Assembly (NCBI GenBank): GCA_963823315.1
Contig: CAWGLB010000011.1
Span: 70,698 to 134,697 of the forward strand
Reading direction: 5' to 3'
Source of the DNA: an uncultured Solirubrobacterales bacterium
GTDB taxonomy: Bacteria; Actinomycetota; Thermoleophilia; Solirubrobacterales; Solirubrobacteraceae
Length of the DNA: 64,000 nucleotides
Shown: positions 1-10,161 of the stretch, in pieces
Position numbering within the stretch: position 1 is the stretch's first letter
How the letters are laid out: the number at the start of each line of letters is the position of its first letter
Notes under the pieces: model-generated
What the model saw: the letters and a program-made list of their open reading frames with translations, nothing else
The model's database searches: none
Told to the model about the DNA's origin: nothing
Translations under genes and position numbers: made by a program

Positions 1-2
1 GC

Positions 3-980
3 TTGGGGATCGCTTGCTATGTGGAGTACACGGGAATGGGTTCGGCCGTGTTCCATAGTCGGGGCATGGTTGGAATCGCAGGCGTCGACCGCGCGTGGTT
101 GTCGCTCGACGGCGACGGGACCGTGACCGTCATGACGACGCTGCCGTCGATCGGGCAGGGGCTGGCGACGACGTTCGCGCAGTTGGCGGCCGACCAGATC
201 GGGGTCGGACCCGAATCCATCCGGGTGCGCCAGCCCGACACCGCGAAGGGCGCTGGCACTGGGACGGGAACGTTCGCCAGCCGAACAGCGATCGTAGGCG
301 GTGGCTCGATCAAGGCCGCGGCCACCGATCTACGGGACCGACTGCTCCAAGCTGCCTCCGACCTGCTCGAGGTGGCCGTGGAGGACCTGGAGTTGCGCGC
401 CGGGGCTGTCGGCGTCCGGGGATCCCCGGGACGTCAGGTCAGCTTCGCCGAGCTTGCCACGACCGACCCGGCGCGTTACCAAGTGGAGGCCGCCTTTGAC
501 CCCGACACGACCGCGTATCCGTACGCCACACACGCCTGCATCGTGGAGGTGGAACCGGTAACCGGAGCGGTGAAGCTCGAACGTTACGTCGTCGCCGAGG
601 ATTGCGGAAGGATCATCAACCCGCTCATTGTGGAGGGACAGGCGCACGGTGCGGTGGCCCAGGGTGTGGGGGGCGCCCTATACGAAGCGATCGTCTACGA
701 CGCGGAGGGTCAGCTCCTCACCGCGTCGCTCATGGACTATCTGATGCCTGTCGCTAGCGACCTGGCCAGCCTTGAGGTCGAGCACCTGCAGATCCCGGCA
801 CCCGGAACGCCGAACGGCGCCAAGGGCGTGGGCGAAGGCGGGACTCTGGCGCCAGGACCTGCCATCGCCAATGCGGTCTCCGATGCGCTCCAAATTGAGA
901 TCAACGAGCTTCCCCTAACGCCCGAGCGCGTGCGTCGCGCAGCCGCTCAATCCCCCGTCATTCGTCATGACGGAATGTAA
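3..980 (+). CDS. Xanthine dehydrogenase/CoxL-family molybdopterin-binding large subunit, C-terminal part (5' end outside window)
   Basis: Motifs SIGQGLATTFAQ, GTFASR, DCGRIINPLIVEGQAHGAVAQGVGGALYE and GAKGVGEGG. Confidence 0.93.
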   Translation: MGIACYVEYTGMGSAVFHSRGMVGIAGVDRAWLSLDGDGTVTVMTTLPSIGQGLATTFAQLAADQIGVGPESIRVRQPDTAKGAGTGTGTFASRTAIVGGGSIKAAATDLRDRLLQAASDLLEVAVEDLELRAGAVGVRGSPGRQVSFAELATTDPARYQVEAAFDPDTTAYPYATHACIVEVEPVTGAVKLERYVVAEDCGRIINPLIVEGQAHGAVAQGVGGALYEAIVYDAEGQLLTASLMDYLMPVASDLASLEVEHLQIPAPGTPNGAKGVGEGGTLAPGPAIANAVSDALQIEINELPLTPERVRRAAAQSPVIRHDGM

Positions 981-983
981 TAC
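976..983. promoter_or_regulatory. Candidate GntR/HutC-type operator site (TGTAATAC)
   Basis: Palindromic core GTAWTAC also occurs at 11846, 13769 and 30473, each upstream of an operon; this copy overlaps the TAA stop of the preceding gene. Confidence 0.3.
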
Positions 984-1007
984 GATGGACCAATCGCAGG
1001 AGCCGAG

Positions 1008-1568
1008 ATGGAGCTGAGGAAGGAGTTCAGTGTTGGCGTCTCCCCGGAGCGGGCATGGCGCACACTGACCAACCCCCAGACGATCGCTTGCTGCTTGCCC
1101 GGCGCCGAGCTACGTCCTGTGGACGGAGTTCATGCTGGACGGGTGAAGCTTTCCGATGCCGGCGACCAAATCTGGTGCGAGGCCCTGCTGCGCATGATCG
1201 ATCGGGACGACGACGAGCAGGTCGCGACCTTCTCCGTGCACGGGCGCCAGCTGGGCGGACCGGCGATCGGCTCCGTCACCTTCCAAGGGCGGGTGGAGCC
1301 CATCAACGGGTCAGCCCGAATCGTGCTGAGCGCCGAAGTCCGATCCAGCGGCCATCGGCCGGTTGACGAGGTAGTGCGGTCTGAAGCGCGCCGGCTCGTG
1401 GACCAGGTCGCTGAGGACCTTTCGGAGCGGATGCAGCAAGCGCCCGCGCCGGTCCAGCGCGCTCAAGAACCTAAAGTCCGACGAGGCCTCGCCACGGCGA
1501 GCGGCATCATGATGCTTCTGTTGGTGCTCCGCGGACTCGTCGGCCGGCGCCATTCGCCGAGACGGTGA
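1008..1568 (+). CDS. coxG: CoxG/SRPBCC-family protein with C-terminal membrane anchor
   Basis: N-terminus MELRKEFSVGVSPERAWRTLTNPQTIACCLPGAEL; hydrophobic C-terminal tail; lies between two Mo-hydroxylase large subunits. Confidence 0.85.
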   Translation: MELRKEFSVGVSPERAWRTLTNPQTIACCLPGAELRPVDGVHAGRVKLSDAGDQIWCEALLRMIDRDDDEQVATFSVHGRQLGGPAIGSVTFQGRVEPINGSARIVLSAEVRSSGHRPVDEVVRSEARRLVDQVAEDLSERMQQAPAPVQRAQEPKVRRGLATASGIMMLLLVLRGLVGRRHSPRR

Positions 1569-1641
1569 GCTCCTGAGTTCGGCGCTTAAAGCGGCGCGTA
1601 AGGATCCGGGGCTGGCCGGTGACCAGGCCATCGGGCGGTCG

Positions 1642-3928
1642 ATGCGACGCAAAGAGGATCTGCGGCTGCTCACCGGAAACAGCTGCTTTGCCGACGATCT
1701 ACACCGCCTCGGATCGGTTCGGGCATGCATCCTCCGCAGTCCCCACGCGCACGCACGGATTCGTTCAATCGGCACCGCTCGCGCGCTCTCTGGGCGGGGG
1801 ATACTCGACGTGGTCACCGCCGCTGATGTGCCCGCCGGCACCGCGCGGATCCCGATGCGGATGTATGCCCGCCCCGGAATGGAGCGACTGCTGCAGCCGG
1901 TGCTCGCCGAGGGCATCGTGCGGTACGTGGGCGAGCCCGTGGCCGTGGTCGTGACCGATTCGGCCTACGCGGCCGAGGATGCGCTGGAGCTGATCGACGT
2001 CGACTACGAGCCCCTCGAGCCGGTGCTCGACGTGGAGCAAGCGGCCGGGTCCGACGGACCGCTCTTGCACCCCAACGCTGGCTCAAACATTGCCGCGCGA
2101 TTGGAGGATCGAGACGGCGACGTGGACGAGCAGTTTGCCGCAGCTGACCTCGTTATCGAGGAGCGACTGCGCCTGCCATCGCCACGGTTCGGTGCCGCTC
2201 GAGCCGCGCGGGCTGTGCGCTGAAATCGAGGCACGGAGCGGGCGACTAACCGTCTGGGGCGCGGCGAAGGTTGTTCACACCAACCGACGGATCCTGAGCT
2301 CGCTGTTGGGATGGGAGGAGGACCGCATCCGGTTCGTCGAACTCGACGTCGGCGGTGGGTTTGGCGCCCGAGGTGAGTTCTATCCCGAGGACTTCCTGAT
2401 CCCGTTTTGCGCTATCCGGTTGAGGCGTCCGGTCGCCTGGTCGGAAGACAGAGCCGAGAACCTGAAGGCGCTCAACCATTCCCGCGAGCAGGTGCATCAA
2501 GTCGCCCTCGCGCTTGGCGCCGATGGGACCCTGCTGGCACTTCGCGACAGCGTTCCTCCTCAATACTGGAGCGTACGTGCGGACCCACGGCAGCGTGGTG
2601 CCCAGCCTCACGGCCGCGCTGTTGCCGGGTCCTTATCGGTGGCGGGCGCTATCGCTGTGACATACGTCAGGTCCTTACAAACAAGACCCCCGCCGGTACC
2701 TACCGGGCACCCGGACGCTACGAAGCGAACTTCGTCCGCGAACGGATGCTCGACATCGCGGCGCGACGGCTCGGGCTTGAGCCGCTTGAGCTTCGCCGGC
2801 GTAACCTGATTCCGGCCAGTTCGATGCCGTACCTGATCGGTACTGAGGCCGAGGGACAGCCGATTATGCTCGACAGTGGCGATTACGGACTCCTCGTGGA
2901 CCGAGGGCTGAAGCACTTTGACCACGATCGGATGCGCGCGGTGGCGGGCCGCCTACGCCGCGCCCCGCCGCCGGCGGGGCCTAGGCGTCGCGCTGTTCGT
3001 CGAGAAGAGCGGAATCGCGCGCTGGGAGTACGCGCGCGTGGGAATCTCGTGCCAGGGTCGCGCACGGGTGCTGGCCGGTTCGGCGTCGGTCGGGCAGGGC
3101 GTCGAAACGGTCCTCGCCCAAATCTGCGCTGACGCCCTGGGCATACCGTATGACCAGATCGAGGTGACGCATGGCGACACCGACGGGGTGCCGAGGGGCA
3201 TGGGCTCATTTGGTAGCCGGGCCACGAGTCTCGGGGGTGCAGCAGTGATGCAGGCGGCAGGCGCGCTGCGCAACCGCATCCTGGACCTTGCCTCCAAGCG
3301 GCTCGAGGCATCGGCTCGCGATCTCGCCCTCGAGGGAGACGCCGTCGTCGTGGCCGGGTCTCCCGGGGCGCGGGTCCCGCTCAAGACATTGCTCGCCGGC
3401 CATTCCTGGCTCGAGGAAGAAGTGGTGTTCGATGCCGAGCAGATGAGCTTTCCCTACGGCCTTCACCTAGCGGCGCTCGAGGTTGACCTCGACACCGGCG
3501 CGGTGCACATCGACCGCTATGCGGTCGCCTATGACGTCGGCCGGGCGATCAATCCACAGCTGGTCGACGGGCAGATCGTCGGGGGGGTGGCTCAGGGTAT
3601 CGGTGGGGCGCTGCTCGAAGAGTTGGCGTATGACGAAAGCGGTCAGCTCGCGAGCGCGTCGTTCATGGACTACCTGCTGCCGACTGCGGGCGATGTTCCC
3701 GCCGTCGAGGTGCTGATCACTGAGGATGCCCCCACACCGCTGACGCCCCTGGGGGCAAAGGGAGCGGGCGAAGGCGGAACCGCAGCGGCGGGAGCTGTGG
3801 TTGCCAATGCGGTCTCAGATGCCCTCGGCGTGGAAGTGACCGCACTGCCCCTCACGCCGGCACGGGTGCTCGAGCTTGCACGCCCAAGCGACTTCTGGCC
3901 GCATGAAACCCGATCGAGGAGGAGGTGA
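1642..3928 (+). CDS. CoxL/Xdh-family Mo-hydroxylase large subunit, broken by about 4 frameshifts (near 2177, 2548, 2645, 2938); start may lie slightly upstream
   Basis: Consecutive fragments give RKEDLRLLTG, RSPHAHARI, DVGGGFGARGEFYPE, TNKTPAGTYRAPGRYE, SVGQGVETVLAQ and GAKGAGEGG. Confidence 0.88.
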
Positions 3929-3931
3929 GAG

Positions 3932-4684
3932 ATGAAATTGGTCGACCTGACGCAGACGTTCTCGATCCATACACCAGGATGGGTTGGGTACCCGTCGCCC
4001 AAGCTGTCGTATTTCCAGCGTCATGCGACAAACGGCATCGTGTCGCAATGGCTGGAACTCCCGTTGCACTCCGGCACCCATTTCGACAGCGAGATGCACA
4101 TCGTCTCCGGCGGAGCGGACATCGCCTCGCTACCGATCGACTCCCTCTGTCGCGAGGGCGTGATCGTGGACATCTCCGAGGAGATGCACGACTGGGCGGT
4201 GATCAGGCCGGAGCACATCACCGACCGCGCCGAAGTCCGCAAGGGCGACATCCTGATCTACCGCACGGGCTACCACCGCTACTTCAATGGATCTCCGGAA
4301 GAGGATGAAGAGCGCTATTTCTTGCGTCACCCTGGTGGGGACCGCAACTTCGCCGAGTGGCTCGTCGAGATGGAGCTCGCCTGGACCGGGTTCGACTGCG
4401 GCTCGGCCGATCACCCGATGAACACTACGATCCGCTACAAGCGACCGGACGCAGCCCGCCGCTTCGAGCGCGAGACCGGAATCAACCTGCAGGAGCGCTT
4501 CCCCGAGGACGACATCTTCGTGATGCACAAGGTGCCCTTTCCGGCCGGCGTCTTGCACGTGGAGAACATGGGAGGCGATATCGAGCAAGCGGTCGGCCAC
4601 CGTTGTCGGATCGGGGCGTTTCCGATCCCGATCGAGGGCGGCGAAGCGTCTCCCTGCCGTGTGGTCGCGTTCATAGAGGACTGA
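3932..4684 (+). CDS. Cyclase-family metal-dependent hydrolase (kynurenine formamidase-like)
   Basis: HSGTHFDSEMH metal motif; C-terminal HVENMGG...GAFPIPIEGGEASPCRVVA; GGAGG RBS. Confidence 0.92.
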   Translation: MKLVDLTQTFSIHTPGWVGYPSPKLSYFQRHATNGIVSQWLELPLHSGTHFDSEMHIVSGGADIASLPIDSLCREGVIVDISEEMHDWAVIRPEHITDRAEVRKGDILIYRTGYHRYFNGSPEEDEERYFLRHPGGDRNFAEWLVEMELAWTGFDCGSADHPMNTTIRYKRPDAARRFERETGINLQERFPEDDIFVMHKVPFPAGVLHVENMGGDIEQAVGHRCRIGAFPIPIEGGEASPCRVVAFIED

Positions 4685-4685
4685 C

Positions 4686-5051
4686 GTGCACGAGGTCGAT
4701 CGAAGGCGGACTGTTTGGGGGCGATTCGACGGGCTCCCAGTCGAGGAGGTCTATCCCGGGATCCAGCGGCGCAGCTTCACTTCAGCCCAGGCGACCGTCG
4801 CCAGCTACAGGTTCGCACCCGGCGCAGCCTTCCCGCTGCACCGTCACCCGCAGGAGCAGATCACACTCGTGGAAGCCGGGGAAGTGGAAATGACTATCGG
4901 CAATCAGGTGGAGCCGCTGTGTGCCGGGGACTGGTCGGTAATCGAGCCCGACCTCGAGCACGGCCTGCGGGCCGGGCCGGAAGGCGCTGGGATTGTGGCG
5001 ATCGTAACTCCGCGCCGTGAATCGGCCGACGATTACACGGTGGTCGGCTGA
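4686..5051 (+). CDS. Cupin-domain protein 1
   Basis: FPLHRHPQEQITLVEAGEV and distal EHG: complete cupin metal motif. Confidence 0.88.
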   Translation: MHEVDRRRTVWGRFDGLPVEEVYPGIQRRSFTSAQATVASYRFAPGAAFPLHRHPQEQITLVEAGEVEMTIGNQVEPLCAGDWSVIEPDLEHGLRAGPEGAGIVAIVTPRRESADDYTVVG

Positions 5052-5428
5052 TGCAGGCCAGCGAGCAGATTCAGGTCATCTCGCTGGACGAGGGAGCTCC
5101 CCTCCCGATCGTGAACGGTGAGGGGAGCGCGCATGCAGTGATCTGGCCGGGGATGGGTGCGCAGCTGCGGTCGATTCACCGAATCGAGCTCGCGCGCGGC
5201 GCCCGCACGGTCAACTTACGCCACCCCTCGGAGGCTGTGTACTACGTGATGCAGGGAAGCGGCAAGGCGATCGACCCCGACTCGCGCGAGCGGCAGGAGC
5301 TGCGGCGCGGCTCGATGGTGCACATCGATCGGGGCACCGCGTACGTGTTGAGCGCTGGGAACGACGGAATCTTGCTGGTCGGTGGCCCCTCGCCGCCGGA
5401 CGCCGCGATGTACGAGGAGGTGACATAG
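5051..5428 (+). CDS. Cupin-domain protein 2 (degenerate metal site)
   Basis: LRHPSEAVYYVMQGSG...LRRGSMVHIDRGTAY; TGATG coupling to the previous gene. Confidence 0.8.
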   Translation: MQASEQIQVISLDEGAPLPIVNGEGSAHAVIWPGMGAQLRSIHRIELARGARTVNLRHPSEAVYYVMQGSGKAIDPDSRERQELRRGSMVHIDRGTAYVLSAGNDGILLVGGPSPPDAAMYEEVT

Positions 5429-5430
5429 CG

Positions 5431-5853
5431 ATGGCGATCCACGTCTACCACCGTGACGAAGCGACCGTTCGCCTGCCGATGGTCGCCCGCGACGCGCGGC
5501 TGGTCGTATGGCCGGGCGTCGGCGCGATCACCGCCAACATGAACTATGTGCTGATGACGCCGGGGGAGGGGAACGTGCCGCATGCGCATCCGATTTCGGA
5601 GGACACGCTCGTCGTGTTCGCTGGCCAGGGGACGATCTCCGACCTGACGCACGGTGTCGACCACCCGTTCGGCGCGGGCCAGGTCGTACACGTTCCCGTC
5701 GGGATCCGGCATCGGGTGCGGGCCGACCGCGGAAGCACGCTCGAGAGCGTCGGCGGTCCATGTCCCGCAGACATCGCCGGGCTGTACCGAGCAGGCGTAC
5801 TGAGCGATGAGCAGGTTGCGGAACTCGGCGGCGCCGCGATCGATGAGGAGTGA
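5431..5853 (+). CDS. Cupin-domain protein 3
   Basis: NVPHAHPISEDTLVVFAGQG...VHVPVGIRHRV; GAGGAGG RBS. Confidence 0.85.
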   Translation: MAIHVYHRDEATVRLPMVARDARLVVWPGVGAITANMNYVLMTPGEGNVPHAHPISEDTLVVFAGQGTISDLTHGVDHPFGAGQVVHVPVGIRHRVRADRGSTLESVGGPCPADIAGLYRAGVLSDEQVAELGGAAIDEE

Positions 5854-5896
5854 GCTAGCAGTGTACGGCGATCGGTGAACGGGTTGCGCAGGCGCG

Positions 5897-6745
5897 ATGC
5901 GTGAGCTGACCCTCGGGATCGCGCAGATAACCGCGCGCGCGGACGGTGACGCGGGCCGGCGGCTGACGCTCGACTCTGCTGGCGCGCTGTTCGACCAGGG
6001 GGCACAGCTCGTGGTGCTGCCGGAGCTGGTCGTTCCCGGCTATCGACTCGACGCCGATTTCCTGTGCGCCAGCGCGGAGCCGCTGGACGGACCGACCGTC
6101 CGAGCGTGGCGCGAGCTCGCCGGCAGCACCGGCGGCTACGTGGCCGGCGGGCTCTGCGAGCGAGCCGGTAATCGGCTTTACAACACCGCGGTGTTGGTCG
6201 GCCCGGAGGGCGTGGTCCTGCACTACCGCAAGCTGCACACCTTCGGGGGGGAGAAGCAGGTATTCACGCCTGGCGATCTCGGTCTGCCCGTGGCGCAGAT
6301 CTCGTTCGGCGTGGTAGGGCTGTGCATCTGCTACGACCTGCGGTTCGTCGAGACCGCCCGGATCCTGGGCTTGCGGGGCGCCGAGCTGATCTGCGTGCCG
6401 ACGGCGTGGGTGACCGGCTTCGACCAGCGTAGCTCCGACGGCGAGGGGTTCGCTCCGCAGGCCCGCGGCGCCCAGCTTCAGGCGAACCTTGATCAGGTCT
6501 ACATCGCCTGCGCCTCGCAGGCAGGAGAGGTGTCCGAACAGAAGTTCCTCGGTTCCTCGGTCGTGTGTGATCCGTATGGCCGAGTGCTGCTGGGTCCGCT
6601 CCCTCCCGATCGAGACGAGCTGGCCGTTATAACGATCGATCTCGAGCAGGTGCGGCTCGCCCATGACCGCGGCTTGCTGGTCAATCCGCTGGCGGACAGG
6701 AGGTCCGATGTCTATCGGCTCGCGGTGAAGGGACACCTGCTGTAG
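5897..6745 (+). CDS. Carbon-nitrogen hydrolase (nitrilase superfamily)
   Basis: Glu-Lys-Cys triad in VLPEL, YRKLH and ICYDLRF. Confidence 0.93.
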   Translation: MRELTLGIAQITARADGDAGRRLTLDSAGALFDQGAQLVVLPELVVPGYRLDADFLCASAEPLDGPTVRAWRELAGSTGGYVAGGLCERAGNRLYNTAVLVGPEGVVLHYRKLHTFGGEKQVFTPGDLGLPVAQISFGVVGLCICYDLRFVETARILGLRGAELICVPTAWVTGFDQRSSDGEGFAPQARGAQLQANLDQVYIACASQAGEVSEQKFLGSSVVCDPYGRVLLGPLPPDRDELAVITIDLEQVRLAHDRGLLVNPLADRRSDVYRLAVKGHLL

Positions 6746-6816
6746 CCAGAGTCGACGGGGACGAGAGGTCGGCAGCCCACAGAAATGCTGCCGAGCTATT
6801 GGGAGTGAGATAGCAA

Positions 6817-8039
6817 ATGGCCGAACGCATTGTGTTCAGCAAGGCCGAGTGGTCGACGCGGATGGCCGCCTACAAGTGGCCGACATCCTGATCAAGCGCG
6901 GCAAGATCATCTTTGTCGGCGAAGTGGTGGGATGGCACCGGCGCCGAGGAGCTCGACGCCCGCGGGATGGTGGTCGTGCCGGGAATGATCAATTCGCACA
7001 TGCACTCGGGGGAGAACTTCAACCCGGGGCTGTACGAGAACCTCCCTATTGCACGTCTGTTCGGGCGCTCGCATCAGGTGACGCGCAGCGAGCCGCCGAG
7101 CCGGGAGCGATCTACGTGCGTACGTTGCTGGGCGCCGCGCTGATGCTGCGCACCGGGACGACGACGGCCGTTCACTCCATCTATGGAGTTCCCACGATCA
7201 CGTTCGACACGCTTGCGCCGATGATCCAGGCATATAGCGATGCCGGATGAGCGCGACGATTCTTTTGGGAATCGCCGATCTCCCGTTTGCGCAGTCGCTT
7301 CCCCTGGACGGAGACGCCGCGGTGGCGGCCGGCCGGGAGGCGGCTCCGCCGAGTTTAGGCTCGAGCTTGGATTTGGCGGACGCCGCGGTCACACGCTGGG
7401 ACGAGTCCCGGGGACTGATCCGGATCGGGCTTGGGCCGTCCACCCCAAGCGGTGCTCGCCGGATCTCCGCCTCGGCGACGGGTTCGCGCGGGTGCTGGCC
7501 CTGCAGCGAGCCGGCGTGCCGCTCGCGCTCGGCACCGACGGCCGCGGCTGCGACGAGACGCTTCGACCATGATCGAGCTTACGAAGATGACCGCGCTCGT
7601 GCACAAGGTCCGGGGCGGGGACTACCGTTCCTGGCCGACGGCCGCCGATGCCTTCATGATGGCAACGCTTGGCGGCCACTCAGTTTCCGGCCACGGCGAG
7701 TGGCTCAGCCGGATCGCGCCGGGGCCGAGGGTGACCTCGTGCTCTTGCGCCACGACCCGCTGGCGTTCGCGCCCCTGAGCGACTCGGTCAGGCAGCTGGT
7801 CTACGGCGTCCCCAGCCGCGACATCGACACGGTGTCGTCGACGGGCGGGTGGTGCTGCACTCCGGCAAGCTGCTTGGCATCAACACCGATTGACTGCTCG
7901 AGGCCGTGAGGACCCACAGGCACGAGGTGCTCACCGGCACCGCCAGCCCGGCGTCGCAGCGACTCGAGCGGGTGGTTCCGAGATGTATGCGCGGATCGAC
8001 CAGCGCGTTCTCGAGCTCGATGCCTATCTGCGGGCCTGA
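6817..8039 (+). pseudogene. Degraded metal-dependent amidohydrolase (AtzA/MtaD-like)
   Basis: Fragments in several frames: PGMINSHMHSGENFNPGLYENLP, IGLGPS, GVPLALGTDG, DLVLLRHD; the central HxHxxE region is missing compared with the intact paralogue at 38204-39718. Confidence 0.78.
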
Positions 8040-9232
8040 CGGCGGCGATCGCGAGGACGGGCGGCGGGGAGCGTTTCGAGCACCTCGGCGAGCGTCTCCA
8101 GGCTGCGCAGGTTGTGGCCCGGAAGGAAGTGGTCCACATACGGGAGGGCGGCAGACATTCCCTGCGCGAGCGGCTCGTACCCCGGCTCGCCCGCCAGCGG
8201 GTTGACCCACACAATCGTGTGCGCGCTGCCACGAAGGCGCCTCATCTCGTGGTCGAGCCCAGGTATGTCCCCCCGCTCCCAGCCGTCGGAGACGATCACG
8301 ATAACCGCGCCGCGGGTGACTCCGAGTCGCCCCCACCCGTCGTTGAGCGTCTTCAGATTGGCTCCGATCCGGGTTCCCCCTGCCCAATCGCTGACCACGC
8401 GGCTGGCCGCTTGCAGCGCCCGGTCGGGATTGTGTCCCTCGAGCTCGCGTGTGACCCGTGTCAACCGGGTGCCGAGGGTGAACCCTTCTACCCTGCGACC
8501 GCGGCGGACGGCGGCCTGAACGAACATCATCATCGCGCGAGCGTACGGCTCCATCGACCCTGACACGTCAACCACGAAGAGCATTTTGCGCGGCACTAGC
8601 CGCGGCTCTCGCCACACGCACACCACCGGATAGCCGTCGGTCCGCATCGCGCCTCGCAACGTGCGGCGCTTGTCGAACGCCCATCCTTTCCCGGTGGTTT
8701 GCAGCCGGCGCGATCGGCGGAGCGGCGCTGCCGCTGCGATCCGTTCGACCAGCCGTGCCGCGCGGCGCAGCTCGTCGTGGGTGTAGTTGGCGAAGTCCAG
8801 CTCGCGCAGCCGCTCCACCGCCGACCAACGCATCCCCACCACCGCCTCCTCCGGATCATCCGGTGCGGCCTCACCGTCGGCGATGGTTTCGACGCGCCCC
8901 GAGCCGCGGCCAGCCTGTGGCGCGGCCGATTCGACAGCTCCCGGACGCAGTGGCGGAGCCGTCGGGCGGCCGTCCTCCTGCTGCACCGGAAGGGCCTCGA
9001 AGAAGCGCGCGAACGCTTGATCGAACGCCTCGACGTCACCGTGGCTTGAGAGCAGCGTGCAGCGCAGCGCCCAGTAGACCTGGCGTCGCGAGCTCGGCTC
9101 GATGGTGGCCAGAGCGGCCAGCGCGTCCTGGATTCGACCCGGCCCGACTTCCAGCCCGGCGGTGCGCAGCATCCGCCCGAAGCGGGCCACGCATGAGACC
9201 ATCCGCTCGCCCGTGAGCTCGACCACGCTCAC
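8024..9232 (-). CDS. coxE: CoxE-like VWA-domain protein
   Basis: MIDAS DVSGSMEPYAR; WAGGTRIG, IVSDGWERGD, IVWVNPL. Confidence 0.92.
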   Translation of the reverse strand: MSVVELTGERMVSCVARFGRMLRTAGLEVGPGRIQDALAALATIEPSSRRQVYWALRCTLLSSHGDVEAFDQAFARFFEALPVQQEDGRPTAPPLRPGAVESAAPQAGRGSGRVETIADGEAAPDDPEEAVVGMRWSAVERLRELDFANYTHDELRRAARLVERIAAAAPLRRSRRLQTTGKGWAFDKRRTLRGAMRTDGYPVVCVWREPRLVPRKMLFVVDVSGSMEPYARAMMMFVQAAVRRGRRVEGFTLGTRLTRVTRELEGHNPDRALQAASRVVSDWAGGTRIGANLKTLNDGWGRLGVTRGAVIVIVSDGWERGDIPGLDHEMRRLRGSAHTIVWVNPLAGEPGYEPLAQGMSAALPYVDHFLPGHNLRSLETLAEVLETLPAARPRDRRRQARR

Positions 9233-10161
9233 GGCACTCTGGTCGCTAGCGACCTGGCGGCCAGGACCCGCTGGGAAAGCCCGTCCTCCCGCACGTGCTC
9301 GAGGTCCTCGTGACTTTTCAAGACTGCCCCGAGCGTCGCTTCCACGACGTGCGGCTCAAGCGCCACCTCATCGAGCGAGCGCAGCGCCTGAATCCAATCC
9401 AGTGTCTCCGCGATGCCCGGCGCCTTCGACAGGCCGCCGTCACGCAGCCGCGCAACGAACGCCGCCGTTTCGGCAGCCAGCTGCTCCGGGGTACCCGGCA
9501 GCCTGGCCCGCACGATGGCGACCTCCCGCTCCAACGACGGGTAGCCGATCCAGTGAAACAGGCACCGGCGCCGAAGCGCGTCGTGCAGCTCCCGCGTGCG
9601 GTTGGAGGTGAGGATGACGACTGGGCGCTGCCGGGCGCGGATCGTCCCGATCTCCGGGATCGTCACCTGGAAGTCGGACAGCAGCTCGAGCAGAAATGCC
9701 TCGAACTCGTCATCGGCTCGATCGATCTCGTCGATCAGCAGCACCGGCGGCCTGACCTCATCGTTGTCGATCGCCTCGAGCAGCGGCCGGCGAACGATGA
9801 AGTCCGCGCCGAACACGTCCGTGACCGCGCCAGGGGAGACAGCCTCCGCTGCCTCGAGCGTCCGGATGTAGAGCATCTGGCGCGCGTAGTTCCAGTCATA
9901 CAACGCGTGCGAGACGTCGATGCCCTCGTAGCACTGCATGCGAATCAGGCGAGCCCCGAGCATGTCCGCGAGCGCCTTCGCGCATTCGGTCTTGCCGACT
10001 CCTGCTTCGCCTTCCAGCAGCAGCGGCTTTCGCAGCGCTAGCGCTACCGAGATGACCGTGGCGAGCCCTTCGTCGACCAGGTATGAGTGCTCCCGCAGGC
10101 GGTCGCTCAGCTCGCTCACCGACCAGGGCGACGCGCGGCCGATGGTCTCGTTGGGGCTCAC
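9229..10161 (-). CDS. coxD: CoxD-like MoxR AAA+ ATPase
   Basis: Walker A LEGEAGVGKTE; Walker B LLIDEIDRADDEFEAFLLE; SNRTRELHDALRRRC. Confidence 0.93.
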   Translation of the reverse strand: MSPNETIGRASPWSVSELSDRLREHSYLVDEGLATVISVALALRKPLLLEGEAGVGKTECAKALADMLGARLIRMQCYEGIDVSHALYDWNYARQMLYIRTLEAAEAVSPGAVTDVFGADFIVRRPLLEAIDNDEVRPPVLLIDEIDRADDEFEAFLLELLSDFQVTIPEIGTIRARQRPVVILTSNRTRELHDALRRRCLFHWIGYPSLEREVAIVRARLPGTPEQLAAETAAFVARLRDGGLSKAPGIAETLDWIQALRSLDEVALEPHVVEATLGAVLKSHEDLEHVREDGLSQRVLAARSLATRVP

